Shown here piece by piece: positions 1 to 12,200 of a stretch of 64,000 nt of DNA. The stretch is from assembly GCF_011745625.1 (NCBI RefSeq), contig NW_027191457.1, positions 62,001-126,000 on the forward strand. The letters are read 5' to 3'. A program made the translations under genes and the position numbers. Under the pieces are notes generated by a model. The model was not told the origin of the DNA and did no database searches. It worked only from the letters and a program-made list of their open reading frames with translations. How positions within the stretch are numbered: the stretch's first letter is position 1; the number at the start of each line of letters is the position of its first letter. Origin of the DNA: Cladosporium halotolerans (taxonomy: Eukaryota).

Positions 1-1006
1 AGACATATCGTCACATTCGATCGAACCAGACGCCTTCGCACCTACGAGCTCTTCTTGAAATAAGCCCCCTCACACGATCTACATAGCATCCACAGTAGGA
101 AAGGAAGACAGATGTACACCTCACATCAGGCGGGGAGAAGATACAGCTACGATGTATTCGCACGACATACCTTAATCTCATGTCTTCTTAAGGCAATACA
201 CATATCGAACGAAGCAGGCAGATACGCGAGTCCTCTGCTTCCAACTATAGTCGAACATGGTACTGCTGCCCATGTAAGTCTGAAGCATCTACAGTATGTA
301 ACGTCTCGCCGGAGCACGCCCTCGACAACACTTCCAGATCGCCTTGAACGCATATCGAAGTAAGTGTAAGGCTGTACATGAGACTTTCGCACCTCGGGAA
401 TAGCACACGCAAGCTTGCTTGCTTGGGCATTGCGTTGATACCGCGCTCCCAGCGGGTGAAGTCGGATCGGTTGGCGTTCATGCTTTCGCGGCTGTTCGCG
501 GCTGGGTAGCGGAAGCGACATCGGGAGGATATCTTCACACCTCCATGTGAGCGGGCGCGAACGGAAGCTCCAGGCATTGCACGTGGGGGGAGGAGATCAT
601 GGGAAGCTGTGTATTTCATGTCCTGGAGATCTGGGAACTGGGAGCATATAGATTCGAGGAACGTCACGTGACAGAAAGGCGCAAGATATTGCTGGTAGTA
701 CAAATGAAACATGTTTCCCCAGCCATACGGCCAGGTATATATATGTATATACAGTACAGATGACGTTGCTTGCGCTCTGCCGCTGTTCCCGTAGAGTGGA
801 ATCGAGAAGGTTGGGAACATCCGTTTGAATCATCGTAGGTGGTACAAATGGATTTGCGCTCCTGCTTTCTATCCATCTATCCGTCTCCAGACTACTGGTA
901 CACGACCAACACCGGTACTACGCTGCTAGGCGCAGCATCGCACTGCTTTGTCTCCCCCATCGACTCGCATCCATCTCCATCTCGGTAGGTAATGGAATGC
1001 ACATTT

Positions 1007-1672
1007 TTACAGGAACTTGGCCATCATGGCAACCATGAGGTCGAAAAGCTGTGGTGGTTGGGTCAGCGGGAGTGTGCGGGGAAAATTTTGCGGAGACCTC
1101 CTGAGGCCATCTCCATCAAGGTTGGACGGAGATGGCGGGAAGTTCATCATCGGGTGATACGTACACCAATGGCCTCGACGAAGGCGAAACCAAGAATGGC
1201 GTAAGAGAAAAGCTGGCCACGGAGGGAGGGGTTGCGGGCGACGGCCTGGATGAGGGCGGCGAAGACGAGACCGATACCGACACCAGCACCGGCAAGACCG
1301 ATGGCGGCGGAGCCCATACCGATGTTCTGGGAGACCTGGACGAGGGCGTTGGCCATCTCAGAGGAGTAGGCACGCTTGGCGATGGGGGAGGCCTGGCGGG
1401 CCATCATCTGGGTGCGCTTCATGGTGTTGAAGACGGTGTTCTTGGGGACCGCTGAAGCATCGTTGTCAATGGCTGTTCTCATCTCTTTTCCGAAGGCATT
1501 GAGGCTGATGGAGCTCAGATGCGAGCTTTTCATAGCTTCAGGAGAGCTTACCAGAGTAGGCGCGGGTGAACTTCTGGAGCTGAGCAGCCTGGAAGGCCGG
1601 GCGGGCGACCTTCACGGAGGACTGGGCGGCCATGGAGGCCATCTTGGGGGCGGCGACGCGGAAGGAAGACAT
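1007..1672 (-). CDS. ATP9: Mitochondrial ATP synthase subunit 9/c (nuclear-encoded, with presequence). Exons 1672-1552, 1451-1165, 1048-1007
   Basis: The spliced product is [10 protein letters not shown]...RAYS-AVPK...[66 protein letters not shown]. It has the GxGxG helix, RNP loop and conserved Glu. The two introns are GTAAGC..CAG and GTACGT..CTGAC..CAG and both restore the frame. Confidence 0.97.
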
Positions 1673-1889
1673 TGTGATGGTGGGTGAGGTGGTGAGATGG
1701 AGAGTTGAGATGGGTGGTGATGGAATTGGGATGGAAAGTGTGGTCGGATGGATGAAGGTGGTGTGGAGTAGGAGCTCTGTCACGGGCAAAGTTGAGGGAC
1801 AGGACAGCTTGGGCGAATTTTCTTGGACAGGACCGCTTAAAGGTCGGATCGAGGGAAGGGAGGTCGGAGCGCGGCGCCTGGTCTGGTCG

Positions 1890-2145
1890 CCGCCAATGAC
1901 TGGCGAGAGGGCCTGCCCGGCCCCCTATCCGCGGACGGTGGCCTTGTCTGACCCACCCATTAGCGGGACCGGGCAAGGTATGTTCGCCATTGGGGGTATA
2001 ACTAGACGAACGCCCCGTCCCAATGCTGCGTGTTTCCCATCAAGTTCCATCAAGGCAAGCATCGGACATCTTTTAGATGTTGGCTTGAATCTTGTTGATG
2101 GCACGACTGAGAGGACGAGATGGCGAAACGTGTTGGTCCATTGGT
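1890..2145 (-). promoter_or_regulatory. Cluster of CCAAT boxes upstream of ATP9 (possible HAP/CBC complex sites)
   Basis: CCAAT/ATTGG occurs near 1894, 1989, 2020 and 2140, 220-470 bp upstream of the ATG. CCAAT-binding complexes are known to regulate fungal respiratory genes. The motif is short, so chance occurrence is possible. Confidence 0.35.
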
Positions 2146-3690
2146 TGAGAGACTTGGTGGATGGATACGGCAATGTGGAAGTGGTCTGTGTTAGTTGCCG
2201 TCACGACCTGACGTCCATGCGACAGATTCCGTCCGGCTTCGCCCGATCTTCTGTGGTTCCGTCACATTCGCGCTCCTGCAGTCAGACAGACATGTCACCA
2301 GACAATCTAAGGCTCGGAATGTATCTCAGCCGCACCTTGAAGATGTCTTCTGATGCCTGTTGGTTCCCTCAAAAGGCGTATGTTGGCCACGGTGTAGTCG
2401 TCATCGCAAAAGCAACAGCTGGCGACGTCTGCGCCAAGCGAAGCCAACGTGTTTCCGGGCGCCGATGTGAGATTAGGCTCTGTCAGAGTTTGCCCGTTTC
2501 GCGCTGGCCATTGGCTCGCTTGAGGTGCGGCTCAGACCGCGTGGGTGCTACCGCGGCTGATGAACCATCAGCACGGATTGCCCGCCGAAGCCGCAGTGCG
2601 TCCTCCTGAGCTGATCCCAGAGGGCCGGGACAGTGTTAGATGACTGCTTCTTGCGCATGCACTCCTGCATGAAAGAGAGCGAGACCAGCGTGCCAGTCGA
2701 GGAGCCAGGGTTTTCAGACCAGCCGAGCAGCCAGATGGCATCGCAACATACAGAGGCGTGATCACGAGAGGCGGGTGCGCCGGCTCGTCCGTGAAAAACT
2801 TGACTCGATGCCAGACCCACTCTTATCATGGAGCCGCCTCAGTAGTGTGGCCCCAGTCTCAAATCGAGCGCTGTCCCGCGACAGGGTCTGCCAGTCCAGT
2901 GTCCGTGACATCCAAAGTAAAGGCAGCTCTGCCGCCACTCGTAGATAGGTCTCTGGTACTTCGCGCAACATGGTGTTGTACCATCCTCGCAGGGAGGACG
3001 GAGAGTGGTGTGAGGAAGGACGTATACCCGGGCAAAAAGAGGGGTTTTTGGGAGCCTGCCACGCCAAGGCTTTAGCTTTGCGAGCTTACCTGGTCGGTAC
3101 CAAGTACAACAGCCTGAGGACCGAGCCAACATCTATTGGGAATGCCTAATCAACTTCGTCGAAACTCTTCGTCGGACCAAGGAACGTTTCGACATTTGCC
3201 TCCAGCTGTAACGTACTCGCGGATCTGGAGGAGGGTGATGTTGCAACAAGATCTGCCTGAGCGATCGACGGACAAAAGCAGCGAATGAGCGCGACCACGA
3301 CTTAACTAAGCGAGTGCACTTTCGAGCGTCTGATCGTGTCAAAGAACCTCAGAGAAATTTCATGAGGTAGGTGATTTTGTGTCCATGGTCGTTTGACAGG
3401 AATGATCAGGGCTTCCAAATTCCTTGGACCAAACGAGATCTTGGAACCACCACTGCGAAGGCCCTCGTTCTTGAATTCGGATTGCATTGCCGGATGCAAT
3501 ATCACGCGATCTCTTGGAATCAAACGATTTGGCAAAAGTTCAGCAGCAAGGTGGCATTTCATGTCGAGCTGGGCCGCGAATTGAGAATACCAAATACAAG
3601 GGCGCGTTTTCCAGACGGCTCAAGTCCACTTTATCCGGAGAAACTCTGGATGTTGGAGAAAATGCCGAGGCAATATCTAAACGACCGCCT

Positions 3691-5598
3691 TCACACCAAA
3701 ACCACATCCTCCGCCGAGACCCAGCCTTTACTTACCACGTCGCCGAACATAACCGCCCGCGACTGCACGAAGCACTCGCATAACAATTTGAAGGGCTTTT
3801 GCGCGGAATTTCTGGGCGGGAGCGGGCGAAGTACAACAGGAACGTCGCCTCCGAGCAACAGGGCAAGTACGTCTCCCGGTTCAACGCCCGGAGTCGCAAG
3901 GCCGACATAACCCGATTCGAGGGTGTGGAAAAAAGTACGGCCATAGCGCGATGCGCTGGTGGGCTCAAGATGATCGGACTTGGGATATTTGCTGCTTCGA
4001 GACTGCTTTCCAGAAACGCTTCTGTGGCCTTCTGAATTAGGGGTTGGCGCTGGAGTTGATTCGGTGGTCGTGACAATGGTGTCGAGGATGATCGCGGATA
4101 ATCGAAGCTTCGGGCCTGCGTCGGTGGGCATGATTTCGAAGTTGTCGCGATGATCGCCTCCAGCGCGGTACTCGCTGCGCATGCTTTCTGTCCATGCGTC
4201 CCGTGAGGGAACAGTGACAATGCTGGCCACTGTTTTTGCCCAAAAGGGTGCCAAATGCCAGGTGAACGCCCAGTCTGGCACCCACGAGGGTAAGTTGTAA
4301 TGTTGGTGCAGAGCACCTGCGCTGTAGACGATGCTCATGAGCTGGAACGTTCGGGTCGTTTCGCTGAGCTCCCTCCAGCCGGCGTAGCATGCCTCGATGC
4401 CGTTGATGTAGTCTTGCGCTGTATCGATGTATAATCCTTCGACCGAGCGCGTATAGTCCGGATTTGTGCTCAGCAGCGTCATGCTGTGAAATGCGTATAC
4501 TTTGTCTCTATCGTTCGTTGCGTTACTGCCTTTTGCCAATATCAGCAGCTGGGTTATATCGGTATGCAGCTGCCCAGCCTTCTGCTGAGCCATCATCTCG
4601 GTGATGATAGCTATCCGCTGCTTTGGATTCCCCAACAAAGCCTCTTGCTTGAGGAAGCCAGTGGACTGCTGAGATGCGCGGTCTCGCACCAGCCCTACTA
4701 GATTCTCCCAAGACATGAGAGCCTCGCCGCCGCCGCAAGACACTCGAATAGTCGAAGCCAGACAGACCTCGCTGATCACCCAGACCCTTGTGAACCAGGG
4801 CCTCTCGAGCAGCTTCTGAACGGCATCCTGGAATTGCCTTGGAGGCAATATGCGGTTCAAAGTCGACCGGACACTCTCGGAGTCGTTTCGCTTCATCTTC
4901 TTTGCGTATTCGCAGAGCTTGTCGCCGCGATCGAAGTCTCCAAGCCAGACCTATCGCGGTTGTCAGTTGAGGTGAGGTCTCAACACATGCAGACCTGAGA
5001 TGCGTACAATCACTTGCTTAGCTCGATTGTAAATATGCTTCATAATCGAGACTTGATGCCCCCTCTCCTCGAAGTCATTCTGGTTGATGCATATTTGATC
5101 AACCCATATGAGCGTCTTTTGCTTACGCCTGCGGATGCTCCGCAGCGCTGTCAACAAGTTGCTCGTCACCTCAAACCTATAGCCATTGACGAGGATGTCC
5201 GCATCCTGCACTGTAGTCTGCCAACAGTACGACAAGCATTTATACTCTCTACTTGGCGCTTTAGATGACTCCCATATAAGCTCGATCTCGATCGTTTCTG
5301 TGCTGTTGCCAGGTTTGAGGACGGCAAGGCGGAATAGATGCCCATCCGCCAGCGTCGTGTATCTGAAGGGTTGCACGTGTTCAAGATTCGTTTCGCTGTG
5401 TCGATGTCGCCTTCTCCGCCGTGAGCTCGAGGGGTCAGGGGACGCAGAGAACGGACGAGCGTCGGCCACTATATGGACGTCCTCGTAGCCAGAATTATCG
5501 AGCGAGATCGAGCTAAAACCAAAAGACATTCGAGGGTCGATCAAGTCAGGGTCCTCGTAATCCAGGGAATCGCGCATTCGAGGCGAGACACTGACCAT
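3691..5598 (-). CDS. HET (heterokaryon incompatibility) domain protein. Exons 5598-5008, 4950-3691
   Basis: HET motifs YKCLSYCW, WVDQICINQND..ERGHQVSIMKHIYNRAKQVI|VWLG, RPWFTRVWVISE, DRDKVYA and LPSWVPDW. A 57-nt intron (GTACGC..CTGAC..TAG) joins the two ORFs in frame. Confidence 0.93.
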
Positions 5599-5923
5599 GA
5601 TGAACCCGGCGACTTGTCATGTGAAAAGTTGAACTCCAAGGTCTATCTGTATGCTCTAGGAATGTTCGTTGTCGTATTTGGTGGCCAGGCATGTTCATTC
5701 GCGCTGAAAGGTTATGGGGACTATCATTCACTGCACGTTGGGCGCTGAAACATTCAAGTTGCCTGCAGGCAAGGGCAGCCTCACGCTCCCACCGTCAGCC
5801 TCAGCCGCGTGTGGGGAGAGGCAGCCTAACAGCGACGACGTCAGACTTGCCTCTATAAGCACCGATAAAATACATCTCATGCGAACAACATGACTTTGAC
5901 ACCCAGGTAGCCTCCATACTATC

Positions 5924-8785
5924 ATGGGAACTCTCACCGCCAATCAGCCCCGTCTGGACCAATACTGCGAGCACAAATTGCCCACGTCCTGCCGGCTATC
6001 ATCCATCGGGGAATGCTGCGCATGCTACGACGAGCGCGCGCACTCGGCCGCTTACACTACATACGTTGACGGCATTGGTCTTGTCTCTCGTGGAACGCGA
6101 TGGCAGCGGTACTGCTGGTTTTGCAAAGAGTTCTGGGAAGCCCGCGTAGAGGCCAGTGGTCTCAGGCCTGGCCAGACCCGGATACCTGAAGTGCCTGACC
6201 AGAGCGCATTCTTGAACCGATGGTACGAGTTTCACCAGGGATACCGCGTCATTACGAAGGAAGATGGCACAGAAGAGAAGGTCGCTGTTTTGGGAGAAGA
6301 TATGCGAGATGTGGAACCAGGACACTTGCCTAGAACACTCGAAGAGCTTCGGGAGGGTAGAGAACGCAGCGCTTTAGAAGCAGAGCAGCAGAGCCACCAA
6401 CAAAATACAGAACAAGAGGCAGCGACTGCGGGTCCCTCATTTGAAGAAGCATTAGATCAATTGTTCCTAGATGCGTCTGCCGAGGACGAGACACCAGCAC
6501 GCCCTGCACCGTCTCAGGCGACTGGAGCAAACATACATGCGCAAGCCATGATGGCGACAGGGCCGCGTCAACGCGAATACCAGGCTCGCAGAGTTGCCGC
6601 TCTTCGCCGCGAGCTGCACCGCATGCGCAACGGAATTGAGCGGGTCATTTCTGGACTTCGCGAATTCGGCGAGAATGTGCCCGACGCAGGAGAAGCAACT
6701 GGTAGGCTCGCTATGCTGGGGAGGACGCTCGATGATATATCTGGCGTGCCCTCCAACGAAGAGGCCAGCTTAGCTATTCGCAGTGTCAACGACTTGACCA
6801 ACCGCGTTGCAGCCTCGGAGTCCGATCAAACATCAACGGCGATGCAAGCTAGGATCGATGAGGCGAGGGAACACGTCAACGAAGCTAGGCGAATGAGAGA
6901 TCAGGCTGCCTCGGAACTCGATGTCGCAGAACAAGAGTTTCGTACATCTAACCGGCGCCTGCAGCAACTTCAACGCGATCGACGGACCGCGGATAACTAC
7001 ACACGCCTCTTTGGCACCCGTGAAGAGATGATGGCGCAAGGCAATGACTACGAGAGTCCCATTGGAGGCATGTTCTCACGAGCCTACGAACGATTCAACG
7101 TGGCCGAGCAAGTCAGGCAGGAAGAACGTACTCTGCGACAAGTACTGGAGCAGGAATCACGATCTGGGGGTGAGGACGCGCTGAGGCGACTCCGAGAACT
7201 TGGGGGTCAGCGGCGCGATGTCCGGGGAGTGCGCCAGCCGCCACGGTTGGCTCAAGACTCGACATCAAACACAACGAACCTTATGGAGGAGGCCCGCGAT
7301 GAAGTGTTCGCCGGACAAACATTGGCAGCTATGGCGGAAGAAGCGGAGCAAGTCGCAGAATCGGCACATGATGCACCGCCGGGCCACAACGATCGCGAGG
7401 ATTCGGCTTTGGAGGAATACTATGGATTGCTAAGACGTCAGGGATGGAGCCAACAGCCCGGCGAAACTCGCTGGAATCCAAGCAGGAACTTCCCCCAGAG
7501 CATGTTAGAGGCTGTTGTCTCGGCCCGTGAACAAGAGAACTTGAACCGCAACGTTGCTTTGAGAGAGATTGGCGACACCTACCGCGCAGGATTAAATCCA
7601 CGTATGCTGTCACCTGTCGAACCATATTCTTCGACGGCCGTGGATCGACGGGAAGATCTTGTCCACGTACTTCACTTCCTACGAAATGAAGACCACAGGA
7701 CATTACACACCAGCCTTGAAGTCAATCAGGTCTACATGGGTCTTGCCATCTGCGCCTCCAGTCTCGAAAGCCCCGAAGTCTTACGAGAACTTATGCCAAG
7801 GATGTCTGAAGTCATGGGTGGGCTGGACCCAATTAGCCTGCTCCAGAACGACGACCTTGTGTGGGATTGTAGGCTTCCTGCCGCGAGATTGGCGAGAATC
7901 AGGCGGACTGGTCAACAAGTGTCATTTTCGAACCAACCGCAATCGACAGATACTGAAGTCATGCGCGGGAACATGGAGGTGATGGCAGAGGCCTTTCAGA
8001 TGAGTGCTGAGCTGCGACGTAAGAGCGGGTTGAGCCCCATAGCGCAGCTCAACATGCTGAACCGTCTTCAAAGCGGCCAACGCATGGAGGCAGATCGCAA
8101 TACGCTATCATCTATGCTTCTCGAGGCAGATACAGTTCAACTCGCATCAAGCATTCATCGCCAAGACCGCAGCCCTGGAGATAGCGAGCAGCAAAACGCG
8201 TTCGACGAGCAAAGGAGGCGCGCAGCGCGTGAGGGTGACAACAGCCGCCAAGGACTGGACGCTTCGCGCCGTGAGGCCTCTGCATTTGCGATGGCGGCCG
8301 GTAGACTGGCCATGCAAACAGGATCACAGGGCGTGATGGGCCAGGCTGCCAACCGAGCTGCCCATAGTAGCTTCGCAAACCAAAGCGCTCTTCATCGCGC
8401 ACTGAGCGAACGTGAGCATTTGTTCACTAACATGCGCGGCCGTATGACGGACAGCGACCTACGTGCCATAGGGTTCGATGATTTTGCCTCATCGTCTTCG
8501 GACTCGGAGGAGGAAGATCAGGCAGTTGGATTGGACGCGAAAGACAGCGGTCGCCCTGAGCCGAAGACAGAGGAGGAGATGACTGTTCAGCTGGAGTGCC
8601 GCATCTGCTACTCGCAGACCGCGGACGTGGCTTGCCTTCCTTGTGGGCACTTGGTTATGTGCAAGTGGTGTTCGGACCAGCACAGTCCGACCATGCAGCA
8701 TGACAGGACGCGACCCAGAAGGGCAGCGGCTTGTCCTGTATGCAGGAAATCCATCCGGCAAAAGGTTCGAGTATTCAGGGCATAG
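5924..8785 (+). CDS. C-terminal C3HC4 RING-finger protein (putative E3 ligase) with a Cys-rich N-terminus and coiled coils
   Basis: 953-aa ORF ending in CRICYSQTADVACLPCGHLVMCKWC...CPVCRK. The N-terminus contains CEH..C..CCAC...YCWFC. Confidence 0.9.
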   Translation: MGTLTANQPRLDQYCEHKLPTSCRLSSIGECCACYDERAHSAAYTTYVDGIGLVSRGTRWQRYCWFCKEFWEARVEASGLRPGQTRIPEVPDQSAFLNRWYEFHQGYRVITKEDGTEEKVAVLGEDMRDVEPGHLPRTLEELREGRERSALEAEQQSHQQNTEQEAATAGPSFEEALDQLFLDASAEDETPARPAPSQATGANIHAQAMMATGPRQREYQARRVAALRRELHRMRNGIERVISGLREFGENVPDAGEATGRLAMLGRTLDDISGVPSNEEASLAIRSVNDLTNRVAASESDQTSTAMQARIDEAREHVNEARRMRDQAASELDVAEQEFRTSNRRLQQLQRDRRTADNYTRLFGTREEMMAQGNDYESPIGGMFSRAYERFNVAEQVRQEERTLRQVLEQESRSGGEDALRRLRELGGQRRDVRGVRQPPRLAQDSTSNTTNLMEEARDEVFAGQTLAAMAEEAEQVAESAHDAPPGHNDREDSALEEYYGLLRRQGWSQQPGETRWNPSRNFPQSMLEAVVSAREQENLNRNVALREIGDTYRAGLNPRMLSPVEPYSSTAVDRREDLVHVLHFLRNEDHRTLHTSLEVNQVYMGLAICASSLESPEVLRELMPRMSEVMGGLDPISLLQNDDLVWDCRLPAARLARIRRTGQQVSFSNQPQSTDTEVMRGNMEVMAEAFQMSAELRRKSGLSPIAQLNMLNRLQSGQRMEADRNTLSSMLLEADTVQLASSIHRQDRSPGDSEQQNAFDEQRRRAAREGDNSRQGLDASRREASAFAMAAGRLAMQTGSQGVMGQAANRAAHSSFANQSALHRALSEREHLFTNMRGRMTDSDLRAIGFDDFASSSSDSEEEDQAVGLDAKDSGRPEPKTEEEMTVQLECRICYSQTADVACLPCGHLVMCKWCSDQHSPTMQHDRTRPRRAAACPVCRKSIRQKVRVFRA

Positions 8786-9255
8786 CATGGCTAGAAGGAC
8801 CGGTAAAGCATTACTAGTAATAGATGAACGCGGCCATCTGCGATCTGCTAAATTTTATCTCTGTAAGTGCTGCAATCATTCAGCGACTCCCATCGCGGTG
8901 GTGGTGGTAAGCCCTAAGGATCAGGAATGTGCAGCCGAGCAAGGCCGGAAACGGCGGCGTAGCTCACCACCGACAACCCATCGGGCCATGGAGCTCGCGC
9001 TGTCTGTAGATACGTACAGGCCGCAATACTATGCGCTGGAATTTTTCAATAGTTTTCGTGACCGCTACGTTGACTTAAAGTTAAGCTTACATCCTTGTGG
9101 GAGGAGTCTAGTCTGGTCATCACGTCAAGCGCGCGGGTTCGCAAGCTCGGTCAGGACGCAACATCGCATCTCCATCTCCACCTCCACCACATTCCCATGC
9201 ACAACGTTTCACTCCTCCACCACCACCGCAGCCGCCCTGTTGCGCGCCAGCCTCC

Positions 9256-12200
9256 ATGAGCTGGAACCTACTAGAGCGCTTCATCGAGTCTGAGCACTTC
9301 AACAAGGATCCTTCCCTAACTGTCGCATACCTCGCGTGAGTAAGCCCGTCATCCCCACAAGCCCAAGGGACAACTGTAGCTGGATTTCCGGCCAGAGTCG
9401 CTAACAACAAATTGCTACGCAGGAGGTACGCGAGCCACGTTGGTATCCACTATGTGCTCTGCTCGAAGTTGCGCCAATTCAGCTATGAGGAAATCGAGTT
9501 CTTCTTGCCGCAACTATGCCATCTGCTCATCTCGATTGACAATGAGTCCATGGCCTTGGAGGAATTCATAGTGGACTTGTGTGAGGAATCAGTCAATGGC
9601 GCTCTGTTGGTAAGTCTTAGACCACACCTCGATTGTTCAATCGATCATAGGCTAAGCGTGCGCAACAGACTTTTTGGTTATTCCAAACCTATCTCAACGA
9701 CCTCTCCTTCAAACCCGCTTCGAATGCATTCCAGACCTGCCGGAGGATATACAATAAAGTACAGAGCATAGTATTTGGAGGATCGGACCCGTCACCGAGA
9801 GAGCGAATACAAGAGAACGTCTTGCCGGTCACGGTGCTGTCGAGCCTGGTGCTCGCCAGTGTTGCCGTGCCCCTGCTTCCCGGTCTCGCAGGGCCTCTGG
9901 CCATTGCTCAGGCGAGGCGACCGCGACCTGTGGAGGAAGAGTTACCGGAGACATTGACGCCAGTGCAAAAGATTGGGAGGAGCCACACAGTTTCAGGTAC
10001 AACCAGCAGTTCGCGGCGAGCGACGCATGGCCATGGCGAGGCGAGAGAGGCGCCCAGGAGGAAGACACGAAGGCCTCAAGCGCTTTTGTCCAGTGATATC
10101 AGTATTGCGCGCACTCAGCCTCCCAGTCCGAGCCCTACGGCCACTGCCCATCCGCGGACGAACGATGCTCGGAAAGCATCCCACAGGCAATCCCTAGCTG
10201 TCACAAGCGGCACTCCTGGATTCATGAGCAGTCACTCCCTGCCGGATCAGCGGAAGCATAGCCTTGTGACCTCGCCAACATCCCCTGGCGTACCTCGACG
10301 GCCGAGCGACATGTCAAGGCGACATACACACTACCCAAAGACTGTACCGATTGCGGCGATGGGCCGTGACCAGAAGATCCGAATTCTGCGTCAAAACTAT
10401 TTCCGTACTCAGATGCAGTTCCTCACTGCTCTCGAAGGCATTTCGTCGCGTCTTGTCGCAGTGCCCAAGCCGGCTCGATTAAGTGCCTTGAGGGCTGAAC
10501 TGGCGCTCATAGCGCAAGATCTTCCGGCAGAAGTCGACATTCCCTTCATCTGCCCGGCAACGCTTGTAGACGGCGTAGCAAGCAAGAGCAAGCATCATCG
10601 CATTGTTCGCCTTAATCCTGCTGAGGCAACCAGCTTGAACAGCGCAGCCAAGGTCCCGTACCTTCTCATGTTGGAGGTAATTCACGAGGACTTCGATTTC
10701 GATCCTGACACCGAGGCCAACCAGCAGCTGCTCGCAACTCTACTCTCCGAAAGAGGCAAGCAGCGACGCAAACTATTTGACACATCAGACGCAGCTCGGG
10801 CGGACTTGGACCATTTACCGCCACCCCAACAAACGACACAAAATGATAGTGTCTTCGAACCCACCATGGGAGATTTAGCCAGCCCAGCACTTTTACAAGG
10901 CGTCAATGGCGATTTCAAAGGATCTGAAAGCCCCAGAGTTCGGGGTCATCCGAGCTCAATAAAAGATTCACCCAGGCTATCCATGGGAGTAAACGCCAAC
11001 CCATCCGCAGCAGCGGTGTCGACACCCAGAACGTCAGATGGTCCCATCAGCAGATCGGGCACTCCAGGCTTGAGACAGTCGCCCTACGTGAAAGGATCTA
11101 CTCCAGATCAGGCCGAGGTGTCCGCTTTGGCAACTCACATGCGCACGGCGGCGCAGATGCTTGCACAGCTGGAACTCAGTGCTGCTAAAAGGCCCAAAGC
11201 CGAGGTGGCTTCTATCAAGGCTAAAATCATAGCTAGCATGCAGACCCTAGAGGAGCAGAGTTTCTTGTCCGACGATGCGCTATCAGAGCCGACGTTCGAG
11301 ACAATAATGGCCAAAGCAAACGAAGCCGCCACACACGCGGACGCCGACGCTCTCGAAGATGAAGAGCTATCACCAGAAGCCGATCCAAGTATCTCGTCAG
11401 GGAGAGGAGCTGCTCGTATGGAAAACGACATGAAAACCGGTGGTGTGCAGCGCAAAGGCGACCGAGATGATCCATCCGCGGCGACTTTCGGCGAAGCATG
11501 GGAACAGAAACGAGAGCGCATTCGACGCTCTTCGCCGTATGGCTGGGTAAAGAACTGGGACCTGGTGTCAGTGATCGTCAAGACCGGCGATGACCTTCGG
11601 CAGGAGGCATTCGCTTGCCAATTGATCGAAGTCTGTTCTAAAATCTGGGCTGAACATAACGTCGATGTCTGGGTCAAGAACATGCGGATCCTCGTCACTG
11701 GAGAGTCTTCTGGTCTGATTGAGACCATCACCAACGCTGTATCGCTTCATTCTCTCAAGCGTTCTTTGACCCTTGCGGCTCTTGCGGCTGCCCCGACCAC
11801 GAAGAGCAAGGGCATTGCGACTCTACAGGATCACTATACGAAGACCTTTGGCGCTCCTGATTCTCCAGCATACGCAAAGGCCACCGATAACTTCGCGAAG
11901 AGTCTTGCAGCGTACAGCATTATCAGCTATGTCCTCCAGCTCAAAGATCGCCACAACGGCAACATCCTCATCGACTCCGAAGGCCACGTCATTCACATTG
12001 ATTTTGGCTTCATGCTTTCAAATTCGCCCGGTAACATGGGTTTCGAAGCCGCACCTTTCAAACTGACCCTCGAGTACGTCGAGCTTCTCGGCGGCGTCGA
12101 GGGCGCCGCCTTCGTCAAGTTCAAGGAGGTACTTAAAGACGCATTCCAAGCACTGCGCCGCGATGCCGAGCGCATCGTCATGCTTGTTGAGCTCATGGGT

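Noticed and set aside
1060..1152. Possible C/D snoRNA in ATP9 intron 2 (ATGATGA ... CTGA)
   Set aside because: The CTGA is the intron branch site, and I could not identify an rRNA-complementary guide or terminal stem.
1632..2609. 325-aa + strand ORF
   Set aside because: It is antisense to the ATP9 5' end and promoter and has no recognisable domain.
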